From contig CAZSTT010000001.1 of the NCBI GenBank assembly GCA_964609705.1, positions 16,420-57,876 on the forward strand: a DNA stretch of 41,457 nt, written 5' to 3'. Shown here one piece after another: positions 27,895-36,988 of this stretch (positions within the stretch are counted from its first letter, which is position 1; each line of letters opens with the position of its first letter). Position numbers and translations under genes: made by a program. Under the pieces are notes generated by a model that had not been told where the DNA came from, searched no databases, and saw only the letters and a program-made list of their open reading frames with translations. This stretch comes from an uncultured Thermodesulfobacteriota bacterium. GTDB lineage: Bacteria; Desulfobacterota; RBG-13-43-22.

Positions 27895-28221
27895 ATGGCC
27901 AAACAATTTGTTCACGCCCTCAATGAGGAGTATAGAAGCATCTCGGGTTGGTACCAACTTTATAAGGAAGAGATCTTCGAACACGACGGGAAAAGGATCC
28001 TTTTTCTCCTGGGGGAAGGAGCGGCCGACTCGGCCTGCTGCGGCAGTGGCGGGTGCCGCTATGCCTTGGTCCCCGGAGAGGTCCTTGACTGGAAAAGCTC
28101 TCATGATGAGGAAGGAAGACCCATATCCCGGATCGAGCCGATTAAGGATCCGGTAACCCGGGAAGAGGTGCGGCGGCACATCATAAAAACCGAAGGGGTC
28201 CCTCAAGTACAATTCTGGTAA
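27895..28221 (+). CDS. Hypothetical small protein (108 aa; CCGSGGC motif)
   Basis: ATG 27895 preceded by GGAAGGGA, with protein-like composition. The competing minus-strand ORF 27772..28212 looks non-protein-like. Confidence 0.55.
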   Translation: MAKQFVHALNEEYRSISGWYQLYKEEIFEHDGKRILFLLGEGAADSACCGSGGCRYALVPGEVLDWKSSHDEEGRPISRIEPIKDPVTREEVRRHIIKTEGVPQVQFW

Positions 28222-28404
28222 GGAATGGGGAGCCGGGGTCTATTATCTTTGCATTACCGGCGGTAAAACACGGCTTTCAGGTAGCCGCTGACCAATTAGG
28301 TTTCTGGAAAAAGCAACAGGGAAACGAGGCTAAAAAAAATCGAAGGCCTTCGCTGCCGAACCGTTAGATCTTAATAAATAAAATAATCAGGGGGTAAAGA
28401 AAGC

Positions 28405-28950
28405 ATGAAGGAAAGTTTGCCGCAGGAAATATATAAGGAATTATTGAAGGGTCAAACCGTTGCCCTGGTCATGGAGCATGATTTGCCCGGTGTCACCCCG
28501 GAGATGATCGATTGGTGGTGGGACAACATCGAAAATGAATCTTACAAACTGTGGCATCCGCAGGAACACCACACTTTTGAATGGCAGATTCCACCAAAGA
28601 AAGTGGGGCATGCCGGTGCTATTCACATGGCCTGCGAGGGTATAGGGGAAGTGCCGGCTCATATTCTTCGTATCCGGTGGGAGCAGCCTGAAGCGGCCCT
28701 CAATAAAACGATTTACAGTCACGTGAATGTCGGCAGTCCGCTCGGTCCCGGGCCGGAGGATAATCCTACGGCCTGTGTCGTTCATGAGTACGAGGCGACC
28801 GCTCAAGGAAGCCGAATGCGCTCGACCTTCACCTTGCCGGCGATTGTTCCTCAAACGTTTCTGGATGAATTGCGCAAGCACAATATGGCTGAGATGGGGC
28901 AGCTCCCCATTTTTCTGCCGAAATTATACAGGGGAAAAACCGGGAAATAA
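28405..28950 (+). CDS. Hypothetical protein (MIDWWWDNIE..YKLWHPQEHH region faintly recalls DAPG/phloretin-hydrolase-family proteins; unverified)
   Basis: 181-aa ORF with SD GGGGGT upstream. Confidence 0.6.
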   Translation: MKESLPQEIYKELLKGQTVALVMEHDLPGVTPEMIDWWWDNIENESYKLWHPQEHHTFEWQIPPKKVGHAGAIHMACEGIGEVPAHILRIRWEQPEAALNKTIYSHVNVGSPLGPGPEDNPTACVVHEYEATAQGSRMRSTFTLPAIVPQTFLDELRKHNMAEMGQLPIFLPKLYRGKTGK

Positions 28951-28956
28951 CCGATC

Positions 28957-29199
28957 ATGAAAGAAGTGAAAATTTCAAAAGAGCCCATCGAGCTTTATAA
29001 AATCCTGAAGTTAGAAAGCCTGGTCGACAGCGGCGGGGAAGCGAAACATGTGATTTCTGAAGGGCGGGTTATCGTCAATGGAAAGGTCGAAACCAGAAAG
29101 AGGAAGAAGATCTTTTCCGGGGATATCGTGGAATTTGGAAAAAATAAAATTCGCGTACAAGTCGAATCCAATAGTGTTCTTGAGAATGGACTGAAATAA
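28957..29199 (+). CDS. S4-domain RNA-binding protein (YbcJ-like)
   Basis: 80 aa. LYKILKLESLVDSGGEAKHVISEGRVIVNGKVETRKRKKIFSGDIV is the typical small S4-domain pattern. Confidence 0.8.
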   Translation: MKEVKISKEPIELYKILKLESLVDSGGEAKHVISEGRVIVNGKVETRKRKKIFSGDIVEFGKNKIRVQVESNSVLENGLK

Positions 29200-29224
29200 A
29201 AGGGAGGGGTGGAGACCCCTCCTT
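29193..29224 (-). terminator. Rho-independent terminator for the USP gene (hairpin shared with the convergent S4 gene)
   Basis: GGAGGGGT-ggag-ACCCCTCC (29204-29222). On the minus strand it is followed by TTTTATTT. Confidence 0.55.
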
Positions 29225-29250
29225 GAAGCCCTGTGTTTTGGGCGTTCCGG

Positions 29251-30189
29251 TCAGCCCACGATCCAGACCGCTTTATTCCTGGCCTCTTGAACAATCTTGT
29301 TGGAGACACTGCCCAGAAAAAATTCTTTGGCCTTAGAAATTCCCCTTCGGCCGACGACAAGAGTTCCATAATGCCCCGAGTCGGCCTCCGCCAGGATAGT
29401 TTTGCCGATATCCGAACATCTCAGGCAGATTTTTCTTTCAATTCTCTCCGGATTGATCCCGGCTTCCCGAAGAATCCCTTCACACTGGTCCAAATAGGGG
29501 GTTATGGCTTTTTTATATTTTTCTTCTGAAAGGGAGAGGGAAGAAAAATCGGGCACAACCAGGAGCCCGGAAAGGTTGATCAGGCCCGGCCAGACATGCA
29601 GCAGCAGTATTTGTATCTCCTCTTCCCGGCAAGCTCCCAAGATAAATGAAAGATGGTCAACCGACCGAAGGGAATTTTCAGAACCGTCGACGGCTACCAA
29701 AATTCTGGGGGCCTTTACTTTTCCACCGACGATCCAGATCGGAATATTCCTGGCTCCCTGAATGACTTTATTGGACACACTGCCCAGATACATCTCTTCT
29801 ATTTTCCCTAATCCCCGGCGTCCAATTATAACGGCATCAACCATCTCTTTCCTGGCTTCAAATAATATTTCACGGGCCGTGCCGCGTCGTTGCTCCCGGG
29901 AGAGAATTTTGACTTGTGATTCGGACCATCCCTTTTTCAATAAATCTTTTTTCGTTTTTATCAGGATTTCTTCGACGGCGTTTTGATGTTTTTCCTTTAG
30001 CTGGCGAAGATACTTCCGGCTCACCGGATCCAGGGGGCCCGAATCTTGATAGACAGGAGGCGTTTGTGGCAGGACATGGAACAAGACCAGAGTGATCTCC
30101 GGACACATCTGGAAAAGTTGTTGAACATAGTCCAGAGCCATTAATGAGTTTTTAGAGCCGTCTATGGCCAGGAGTAATTTTTTTTCCAC
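29251..30189 (-). CDS. Tandem universal stress protein (2 x UspA domains)
   Basis: Two repeats each end in the ATP-binding motif GRRGLGKIEEMYLGSVSNKVI / GRRGISKAKEFFLGSVSNKIV. GTG start behind GAAGGAGA. Confidence 0.88.
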   Translation of the reverse strand: MEKKLLLAIDGSKNSLMALDYVQQLFQMCPEITLVLFHVLPQTPPVYQDSGPLDPVSRKYLRQLKEKHQNAVEEILIKTKKDLLKKGWSESQVKILSREQRRGTAREILFEARKEMVDAVIIGRRGLGKIEEMYLGSVSNKVIQGARNIPIWIVGGKVKAPRILVAVDGSENSLRSVDHLSFILGACREEEIQILLLHVWPGLINLSGLLVVPDFSSLSLSEEKYKKAITPYLDQCEGILREAGINPERIERKICLRCSDIGKTILAEADSGHYGTLVVGRRGISKAKEFFLGSVSNKIVQEARNKAVWIVG

Positions 30190-30233
30190 GACAAGTCTCC
30201 TTCACTTTGGATTTAAATAAGGTCCAGTGGAAC

Positions 30234-31790
30234 CTACCCCGGCCGTTTTACCGAAGGAAATAAGCTCGGGTCGGTGTGGGGGATGAAGCGGGCGGCGCTG
30301 AAGCGGTTCATAAAATCCTGGTTAACATTCATTTCCAGGTAAGTGATCTTATCGGCGATTTTTTTCACCTCTCCCAGGGCCTGATAATCCAACAAAACTT
30401 CTGCCGCCCCTTTGAGCGAGGTGTTTCCCATGGGAAGGTAGCGTTCCAAAGGCAGGTCAGGAAGCAAGCCCAGGATAACGGCTCTTCGGGGGTCGATATG
30501 ATTTCCGAAGGCACCGGCCACATAGAACTTTTCGATATCCTTCAACTCATATCCGACAGACTGTACCAAGGTGGTCAGGATGGTGTACATGGCCGCCTTG
30601 GATCTCAGCAGAATATCCAGATCTACCTGGGTGAGAGTGATGGGGAGATGGTTCGAGGTTTCCTCGGCCGGGACCAATAAATAAGCCGGTTGATCGTCAA
30701 GGTTTATCCAGCGATCCGTGGGTGTTTTTAAATTAAATTTTCCCCGGATATCCAGCAGGCCGGCCATAAATAATTCAGCGGTCAGATCGATCAGTCCGGA
30801 GCCGCAAATTCCTTTGGGCGGGCCCTGGCCGATCAAGGAATAACTTATTGCTTTGGTCTTCGGATCGATCCGTACTTTCTCAATGGCCCCCTCATCGGCC
30901 ACCATTCCCATCTGGGCCACACCCCCTTCCAAGGCCGGTCCGGCAGCCCCGGCACAGCCGATCAGCCATTCGGAATTGCCGAAGACCACCTCGGCATTGG
31001 TTCCTACATCGACCAGCAGGGAAAGGGCCTCCTGTTGATAGAGTCTCGAGTGGAGAATTCCGGCCAGGACATCCCCGCCGAGGTAACTGCCCACATTGGG
31101 AAAGCAATAGGTGACGGCCCGGGGATGGAGGTTCAATTTCAGGTCATGAGCGGTCAGAGGTTCGACCACATTCAGGATAGGGATATAAGGTTCCCGGCAA
31201 ATGGAGGCCGGGTTGAGTCCGAGAAAAAGGTGGGTCATGGTGGTATTGCCGGCCAGGGTCAAGGCAAAAAGCTCCTGAGAAGAAAGATTATATTCCCGGC
31301 TGAGTTTTAAAAGAACGTTATTGATTTCGGAAATTACACAGGTCTGTAATTCTTTCAGCCGGTCAGGCCTGTCGGCATAATGAATCCGGGTCAGGATATC
31401 GGCCCCAAAACGGGTCTGGGGGTTTTCGCTGGAGGTTTCCGACAACAGATTTCCTTGGGCCAGGTCCCAGAGCTGATAGGCCATCCGGGTGGTTCCCAGG
31501 TCCACGGCCAGGCCGAAATTTCTCCGGGAGGTATCGCCCGCCTCCAGTTCGATAACAACAGGCAGCGGCATAGTCATGGCCACGGTGGCCGTAACCCGAT
31601 ACTCTGCCGCTCGAAGTATTGAAACCCAACCCGGGATTAGACTAAAAGGCAGGGTCAGAAAATCAAGCCCCAATTCAATTTTGATCTGTTTCTTGAGACG
31701 ATCGATCTCTGCCGTATTATCTTTGAGACTGGGCGGAGACAGTTTGAGGAATATTTTTTGGACTAAAGGTATTTTAGATTTTTCAATCAT
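30234..31790 (-). CDS. ASKHA-fold ATPase (DUF4445, RACo-like corrinoid-activator C-terminal module) lacking an N-terminal ferredoxin domain
   Basis: AVDLGTT and LVDVGTNAE phosphate-binding motifs and ICGSGLIDL. The first roughly 100 aa contain no Cys cluster. Confidence 0.7.
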   Translation of the reverse strand: MIEKSKIPLVQKIFLKLSPPSLKDNTAEIDRLKKQIKIELGLDFLTLPFSLIPGWVSILRAAEYRVTATVAMTMPLPVVIELEAGDTSRRNFGLAVDLGTTRMAYQLWDLAQGNLLSETSSENPQTRFGADILTRIHYADRPDRLKELQTCVISEINNVLLKLSREYNLSSQELFALTLAGNTTMTHLFLGLNPASICREPYIPILNVVEPLTAHDLKLNLHPRAVTYCFPNVGSYLGGDVLAGILHSRLYQQEALSLLVDVGTNAEVVFGNSEWLIGCAGAAGPALEGGVAQMGMVADEGAIEKVRIDPKTKAISYSLIGQGPPKGICGSGLIDLTAELFMAGLLDIRGKFNLKTPTDRWINLDDQPAYLLVPAEETSNHLPITLTQVDLDILLRSKAAMYTILTTLVQSVGYELKDIEKFYVAGAFGNHIDPRRAVILGLLPDLPLERYLPMGNTSLKGAAEVLLDYQALGEVKKIADKITYLEMNVNQDFMNRFSAARFIPHTDPSLFPSVKRPG

Positions 31791-31825
31791 AACTTTGAGA
31801 ATTTATCTTTAACTTTCGATACTAA

Positions 31826-32082
31826 GGTCCAAGGGGGTCTTATTTTTGGGGTTGTCCACCCTGAACCTGGAAGCTTCTTTGCCGGGCAAATTATTTAACT
31901 AAATCCAGAGCAGGCCTTCACCTAAGCTCGAAACGCGCCGGTCGGCTTTGCCGACCAAAAAGGAGGCTTCCAAAGGAAGCCGGGGGTGTATGCCCTGCCT
32001 CGAATCAAACTTTGCTGGACGGGCCGGGATTGGGCGATAAGTTACCCTTTGGACAATCCCAAAAATAAGACCCCCTTGGACC
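31826..32082. mobile_element. 257-bp intergenic element bounded by 33-bp terminal inverted repeats (32/33 complementary)
   Basis: GGTCCAAGGGGGTCTTATTTTTGGGGTTGTCCA (31826-31858) versus TGGACAATCCCAAAAATAAGACCCCCTTGGACC (32050-32082). It contains the double-hairpin module at 31940-31981. Confidence 0.7.
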
Positions 32083-32117
32083 GTTTAACCATTTCATATA
32101 GGTTTGGTTATTTTCAT

Positions 32118-33557
32118 TCAGCTGACAATCATCTCGACGGTTTCCTGAATCTTTTTCCAGGCCTGAACCACATGGCGTTCTTCCGTATAGGTTTGGCCCA
32201 CACAGAATCGAAGGGTATAACGGCTATCGAGGACGGTATGGGTTAAATAAAGATCTCCGCTCTGATTCAGTTTTTCCTCTAATTGCTGGTTCTGTTCATC
32301 GTTTCCCCGGTATCGAAAACAAACCAGATTTAAAGGCGCCGGGGCTGCCAATTCAAACCGGTCGTCTTCTTGAATCCATTGGGCAAAGGATTGGGCCAGC
32401 TTGATGTGCTGCCTCACGTGATACTGCAGGCCCTCGATTCCGTAATAGCGAAGTACAAACCATAATTTTAAGGCCCGAAATCGTCTTCCTAACTGGATAT
32501 GCCAATCCCGATAGTCAAAAACAGCTCCTGATTCGGAGGCCTTATTACGCAAATATTCGGGAAGGATGCTGAAGGTTCGGATCAGGGTTTCCCGGTCGGC
32601 TACAAAGAAACAATCGCAATCGAAATTGGTAAACATCCATTTGTGGGGGTTGAAACAAAAGCTGTCGGCAGATTCCAATCCGTTAAGGATATATTGATAT
32701 TCCGGACAAAGGGCGGCAGTCCCGGACATAGCCCCATCCACATGAAACCAAAGCCCCTCCTGCCGACAGATCCGGCCGATCTGGGGCAAAGGATCCAGGG
32801 CATTGGAAGAGGTCGTTCCGACAGTGGCGGAAACAAAACAGGGGATCAATCCGGCCTGACGGTCCTGCCTGATTTGCAGGGCCAGGGCCTCGGGTCTCAT
32901 GGCAAAGCGGTCGTCTACTTCAATGAGACGAAGGTTTTTCAGCCCCAACCCGGCTATCTTGACTGCTTTCTCAATGGAAGAGTGGGCCTGGGTCGAGGTG
33001 TAGGCCACCAACTGACCGTCGCAGCCTTTCTGATTGGTCTGAAAACCGGAGGCTTTTTCACGAGCAGCCAGCAAGGCACTCAGTGAGGCACTGGAAGCCG
33101 TGTCCTGGATCACCCCGCCCCCCCTGCCGTCAGACCTGAACTTATCGGGCAGTCCGAGCATACCGGCCAGCCAGTCCAAGACATGGGTTTCCAGCTCGGT
33201 ACAGGCGGGACTGGTAGCCCACAACATACCCTGGACCCCCAAACCGGCTGAAAGCAGTTCTCCTAATATGGAAGGTCCGGAAGCATTGGCCGGAAAAAAG
33301 GCAAAGAAATTCGGAGACTGCCAGTGAGTGATCCCCGGCAGGATCAGTCGCCCCACATCCTGGAGGATGGCTTCGAAGCTTTCACCCTGTAAGGGCGGGT
33401 CCTTTGGTAGAGAGGCCCTGATTTGGCCGGGATGAGCCTGGGAGAGAACCGGAAACGACTCTATGTTTTCATAATATTCGGCGATCCAATCCACAACCGC
33501 TCGTCCATGGCGGCGGAATTCCTCGGGAGTCATATGGAAGCCAATCTTTTTATCCAT
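32118..33557 (-). CDS. PLP-dependent aromatic-L-amino-acid decarboxylase-like enzyme (group II decarboxylase)
   Basis: HWQSPNFFAFFP and the NPHKW PLP-lysine motif, with DDC/TyDC-like length. I took the start at ATG 33557 behind GAGGTG; the track start 33566 is GTG. Confidence 0.88.
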   Translation of the reverse strand: MDKKIGFHMTPEEFRRHGRAVVDWIAEYYENIESFPVLSQAHPGQIRASLPKDPPLQGESFEAILQDVGRLILPGITHWQSPNFFAFFPANASGPSILGELLSAGLGVQGMLWATSPACTELETHVLDWLAGMLGLPDKFRSDGRGGGVIQDTASSASLSALLAAREKASGFQTNQKGCDGQLVAYTSTQAHSSIEKAVKIAGLGLKNLRLIEVDDRFAMRPEALALQIRQDRQAGLIPCFVSATVGTTSSNALDPLPQIGRICRQEGLWFHVDGAMSGTAALCPEYQYILNGLESADSFCFNPHKWMFTNFDCDCFFVADRETLIRTFSILPEYLRNKASESGAVFDYRDWHIQLGRRFRALKLWFVLRYYGIEGLQYHVRQHIKLAQSFAQWIQEDDRFELAAPAPLNLVCFRYRGNDEQNQQLEEKLNQSGDLYLTHTVLDSRYTLRFCVGQTYTEERHVVQAWKKIQETVEMIVS

Positions 33558-33752
33558 AAGAGGCACCTCTGATAGTTTAAATTCCTGAAAATTATTTAGC
33601 CGGAATCAATCCGTTCAACAAAACATAATATAACAAAGGCAGGAAAGAAAGATCCTTTAGCATGACCCGGATCCTGGATTTTATAAATATTTTTTGGGAG
33701 GGGGAATATCCGGAACAAGTCTTTCAGCCCGACTGCTCAAGGAAGAAACCAT

Positions 33753-34499
33753 TCAAGGCTCCAGTCCCTTGGAATGCAGTTCTCTTTGGATTTCAAGTAT
33801 TTTTACACCTAGAACCCGATCCAGTTCCGGATTCCTGTTGATAAATTGGAGGGCAATAAAGGCTAATTCACGACTCCGTTTTTGATTGTCCGGATAAGAT
33901 ATTCTTTTGATTTGAGCTTCCAAGTTAAAATGATTCTCATCGAGGGCCAGGGTAATCCTGATGGTCTTGCCTACTTCAAAATTAAATTCACGATCCTGAC
34001 TGTGGGTGGCACTGATTAAAGTGCCTCCGATTGAAATGTTAATGATCCCTAAAGGCTGGTTGTAGGCAGATATCTCAAGACCGCAATTACTGGGAGGGTG
34101 AATACGATAAAACATTCGAAGATCATAAGATTGGGGTAAGCTGTTTTGCTGCAGGATAACGGCGGATGCGCTTTGGGAGGAAGATAATTTGTACTCTTTT
34201 ACGAACTCTACAATCCTGGCTTGGAATCCATAGCGAACCGTTTTTCCCTTTTCAAAGTTCAAAAAAGAAACAATGATGCCCTTGTTAAGCCGGATGGCTG
34301 ATAACTCCGGGTCAGGCTGGGCAATGATAAGTTTTTTTCCGTTGATATCATGTAAAGTTGATGTTCGGATATCATTAATTTCTCGAATGAAATCAGTGTT
34401 GACAACAAGACTGATAGACAAACCCGGTTTTAAGAGGATTTTTGGGACGGCGGATGTTGATTTTTTCTTGGCGTTTAGTGGAGCTCGCAAATCTGGCAA
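33753..34499 (-). CDS. PilZ-domain protein (c-di-GMP receptor family), paralogue 1
   Basis: RxxxR (RMFYR) and D/NxSxxG (NISIGG) motifs about 21 aa apart in the C-terminal half. TTG start, exact start uncertain. Confidence 0.75.
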   Translation of the reverse strand: MPDLRAPLNAKKKSTSAVPKILLKPGLSISLVVNTDFIREINDIRTSTLHDINGKKLIIAQPDPELSAIRLNKGIIVSFLNFEKGKTVRYGFQARIVEFVKEYKLSSSQSASAVILQQNSLPQSYDLRMFYRIHPPSNCGLEISAYNQPLGIINISIGGTLISATHSQDREFNFEVGKTIRITLALDENHFNLEAQIKRISYPDNQKRSRELAFIALQFINRNPELDRVLGVKILEIQRELHSKGLEP

Positions 34500-34749
34500 C
34501 TCCCGTTACCCCAACGAACTCTGGATCAGGGCCAATACAGGTATCGGGGAACCGGATACAGGCTAAACCCTGATCCCGGCTTCCGGTGGAATGGCGTTTT
34601 AGGGTTCTTGGAATAAGCTGTTGTTAATATTTATTAACCACGGAAAAAGTCAAAATGGGACTTCATCGAAAAAGGAGATGCCGGCGGGACCTAAACTAAC
34701 CCCGACTTGGACCTGACCGGTTGATGGACTTTTTCCATACTCCCCAATT

Positions 34750-34778
34750 TTTATATATGAGGAAGACCAACAGATCAA
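34750..34778 (-). promoter_or_regulatory. Candidate sigma-70 promoter far upstream of PilZ paralogue 1
   Basis: The minus strand reads TTGATC-N17-TATAAA. The surrounding block TTTTTATATAT...GATCAAG is conserved upstream of paralogue 2 (35826-35855). Confidence 0.3.
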
Positions 34779-34973
34779 GAAGAAAAAGGTAAGGGGTGGG
34801 GGTTTAAGGTCCTGTAACTTAATTCTCGTTTCGGGATTTTAATAAACCATCAGGCCACGCTTTTGGTGGAGTGACGCCAGGTACTATGAAAAAAGGGCTG
34901 GGTGAGGGTTAACTCGTTCTAATCCGGAAAAAGGCTTTCAGTCGATAATCAAGAAAAGCAGGGATTCAAGGCT

Positions 34974-35761
34974 TCAGTCCCTTGGAAGCAGTTCTCTCTG
35001 GATATCGAGTATTTTCCTGCCCAAGATTCGGTCCAGTTCCAAATCCCGGTTAAAAAATTGAAGGGCGAGAAATACCAATTCACGGTTCCATTTTTGACTG
35101 TCGGGAAATGATATTCTTTTGATTTGTGCGTCAAGATTAAAAGACCGCTCATCGAGGACCAGGGTAATCTTAATGGTTTTGCCATTCACAACTTAAATTC
35201 CCGATTTTGGCTGAACGTAGCGCTGATTATAGCCCCTCCGATTGAAATATCAATAATACCCATCGGCTGGTCGTTAATATATAGACGCAGACCAAAATCG
35301 CCGGAGGGATAAATGCGATAAAACATTCGAAGATTATAGCGTTCGGGGACTGATTTTTGCAACACAATGATGGCTGGAACCGTTTGGGACTGAGACAGTC
35401 GGTATTCATTGTCGAATTCTACGATTTGAGCATGGAATCCGTAACGAACAAGGTTTTTATTTTCTTCTGTCAGAAAAGAAATAATAATGCTTTGGTTCAG
35501 ATGATGGGGTAAAAGAGGGGGGTCGGTTTGGGCCAGGATAAGTTTTCCACCTGAAATCTCGTGAAGAGTTGATGCCCGAATGTCGTTAATTTCCCTTATA
35601 ATATTGGTATTGACAACAAGACTGAGGGGTAACCCCGGTTTTATCATGGCCCTAGGTTCCTTGGAAGATGGTGTTTTATCAGCAATAAGAGGTTCTGGAA
35701 ACCTCGCAACCCCCTCATCAGGTCCTATACGGTTCAGGTTTGATTCAGACCCGGGAGTCAA
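34974..35761 (-). pseudogene. PilZ-domain protein, paralogue 2, interrupted by a 1-nt frameshift
   Basis: Track ORFs 35186..35761 and 34974..35189 overlap by 4 nt and are colinear with paralogue 1 (REFNFEVGKTIRITL versus REFKL*/VNGKTIKITL). RMFYR and DISIGG are present. The likely true start is ATG 35647. Confidence 0.65.
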
Positions 35762-36034
35762 AAAACTTCGAAGAACCGGCTACGGTTTACGCTAAAATGA
35801 CATTTCGGGCTTTAGAGCAAGCTGATTTTTATATATATAAGGTTGATAGATCAAGTGGAAAAACCCGGGGACAGTTTCCTCCAGGGCACTGCCAAAACCG
35901 GGGGAGATAAAAGCGGGTTATAAAAGAAAAGCAGGGGGCCCCGTTATTTACTTGAAAAAACAGAAGACTTTTTTTATAGATTGTTTAATACGAAAATAGG
36001 ATTCGAGCCTACACTCCTATAGGAAGCCTAATCG

Positions 36035-36167
36035 TCGATCTTTTGAAGAGGTTCCCTTTCGGGGGCCGTTAGGCCGACCGTATTGTGGTGCCACGCCACA
36101 AAAGGCGGGGCGTGACGGTTTAAGGAATAAGGTTTGCTTAAACAAGTTATCGGCCTTTGAAGATCGA
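36035..36167. repeat. Copy B of the conserved structured element, in the 5' region of mobB
   Basis: Nested stems TCGATCTT (36035-42)/AAGATCGA (36160-67), GGCCG.../...CGGCC, GTGGTG-cca-CGCCAC (36085-99) and GGTTTAAG/CTTAAAC. The core is homologous to 2388..2471. Confidence 0.55.
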
Positions 36168-36318
36168 TTGGTTGGAGGATTCCCGGGCAAGATAAAAAGA
36201 TCGGGGGCAAAGTGGCGTCAAGGACTTTTTCCGAAAACTCCATTCCGGAACGAACCTTTTTCAGAGCGGTACAGTTTGGATCTTTCATCTAAACCTTATG
36301 GAAGTATAAGGAGTTAAG

Positions 36319-36984
36319 ATGCCCTTAATTATCTCCATTGTCGGGTATTCCAATAGCGGCAAGACCCGTTTACTAGAGAAAATGATCCCTCTCTTGAAGG
36401 CCAAGGGGTACACCATTGGGATAATAAAACACACTGGACATGACTTTCCACTGGATCAACCCGGCAAAGATACTTATAAATTCAAACAAGCCGGGGCGGA
36501 TGGAGTGGTTCTGGCCGGTTCCGGACAAATCGGATATATCGGAAGCATAGGGGAGTCGGAAGATTTTAACTTGACCCGGATTGAACAAACCTTTTTCTCC
36601 GACCGGGATATCGTTCTGACCGAAGGGTTTAAAAAAGGAGATAACCCAAAAATTGCCGTATTGACCAGGGGACAGGAAGAACAACTAGTAACAGAAATTG
36701 AGGGCGATGTTATTGCTACGGTGGGCGAAAGCCCCTTCCAATCGAACCTGCCTCACTTCAAGGCGGATGATCCCGAAGGATTGGTGCAATTGTTGGAAGA
36801 CCGGTTTCTAAAAGGAAGGAACAAACCTTCTGTCAGGGTCATTCTGGATGGTAAAAATATCCCTTTGAATCATTTTGTACAAGACATGGCCCGGAGCGGG
36901 ATCGTGGGAATGCTGTCCCCTTTAAAAGGTTTTAAAGAATCCCATAACATAGAAATTAAAATCCATTTTCCGGAAAAGAGATGA
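36319..36984 (+). CDS. mobB: Molybdopterin-guanine dinucleotide biosynthesis adapter protein MobB, with a roughly 50-aa C-terminal extension
   Basis: P-loop VGYSNSGKTRL, IKHTGHDF and GKDTYKFKQAGA. SD AAGGAG upstream. Confidence 0.85.
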   Translation: MPLIISIVGYSNSGKTRLLEKMIPLLKAKGYTIGIIKHTGHDFPLDQPGKDTYKFKQAGADGVVLAGSGQIGYIGSIGESEDFNLTRIEQTFFSDRDIVLTEGFKKGDNPKIAVLTRGQEEQLVTEIEGDVIATVGESPFQSNLPHFKADDPEGLVQLLEDRFLKGRNKPSVRVILDGKNIPLNHFVQDMARSGIVGMLSPLKGFKESHNIEIKIHFPEKR

Positions 36985-36988
36985 CCTA

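Noticed and set aside
27772-28212. 146-aa minus-strand ORF overlapping the 27895..28221 + strand ORF
   Set aside because: The + strand frame has an SD and a balanced, charged composition. The minus-strand translation is Pro/Gly/Phe-rich and lacks an RBS.
34500-34745. c-di-GMP riboswitch in the long leader of the PilZ gene
   Set aside because: I could not find the conserved GEMM-I or GEMM-II core sequences (for example ACGCAAAGC-type elements with a tetraloop/receptor arrangement). It needs cmscan to be sure.
36028-36288. 86-aa ORF on the minus strand upstream of mobB
   Set aside because: It covers the structured repeat copy B. It has no SD and its composition is not protein-like.
36035-36318. 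Molybdenum-cofactor (Moco) riboswitch upstream of mobB
   Set aside because: The position is attractive. However, the conserved CCUCCGAGCC ... AAAGGAG-type core I remember for the Moco motif is absent, and a homologous copy sits at 2.4 kb next to unrelated genes.
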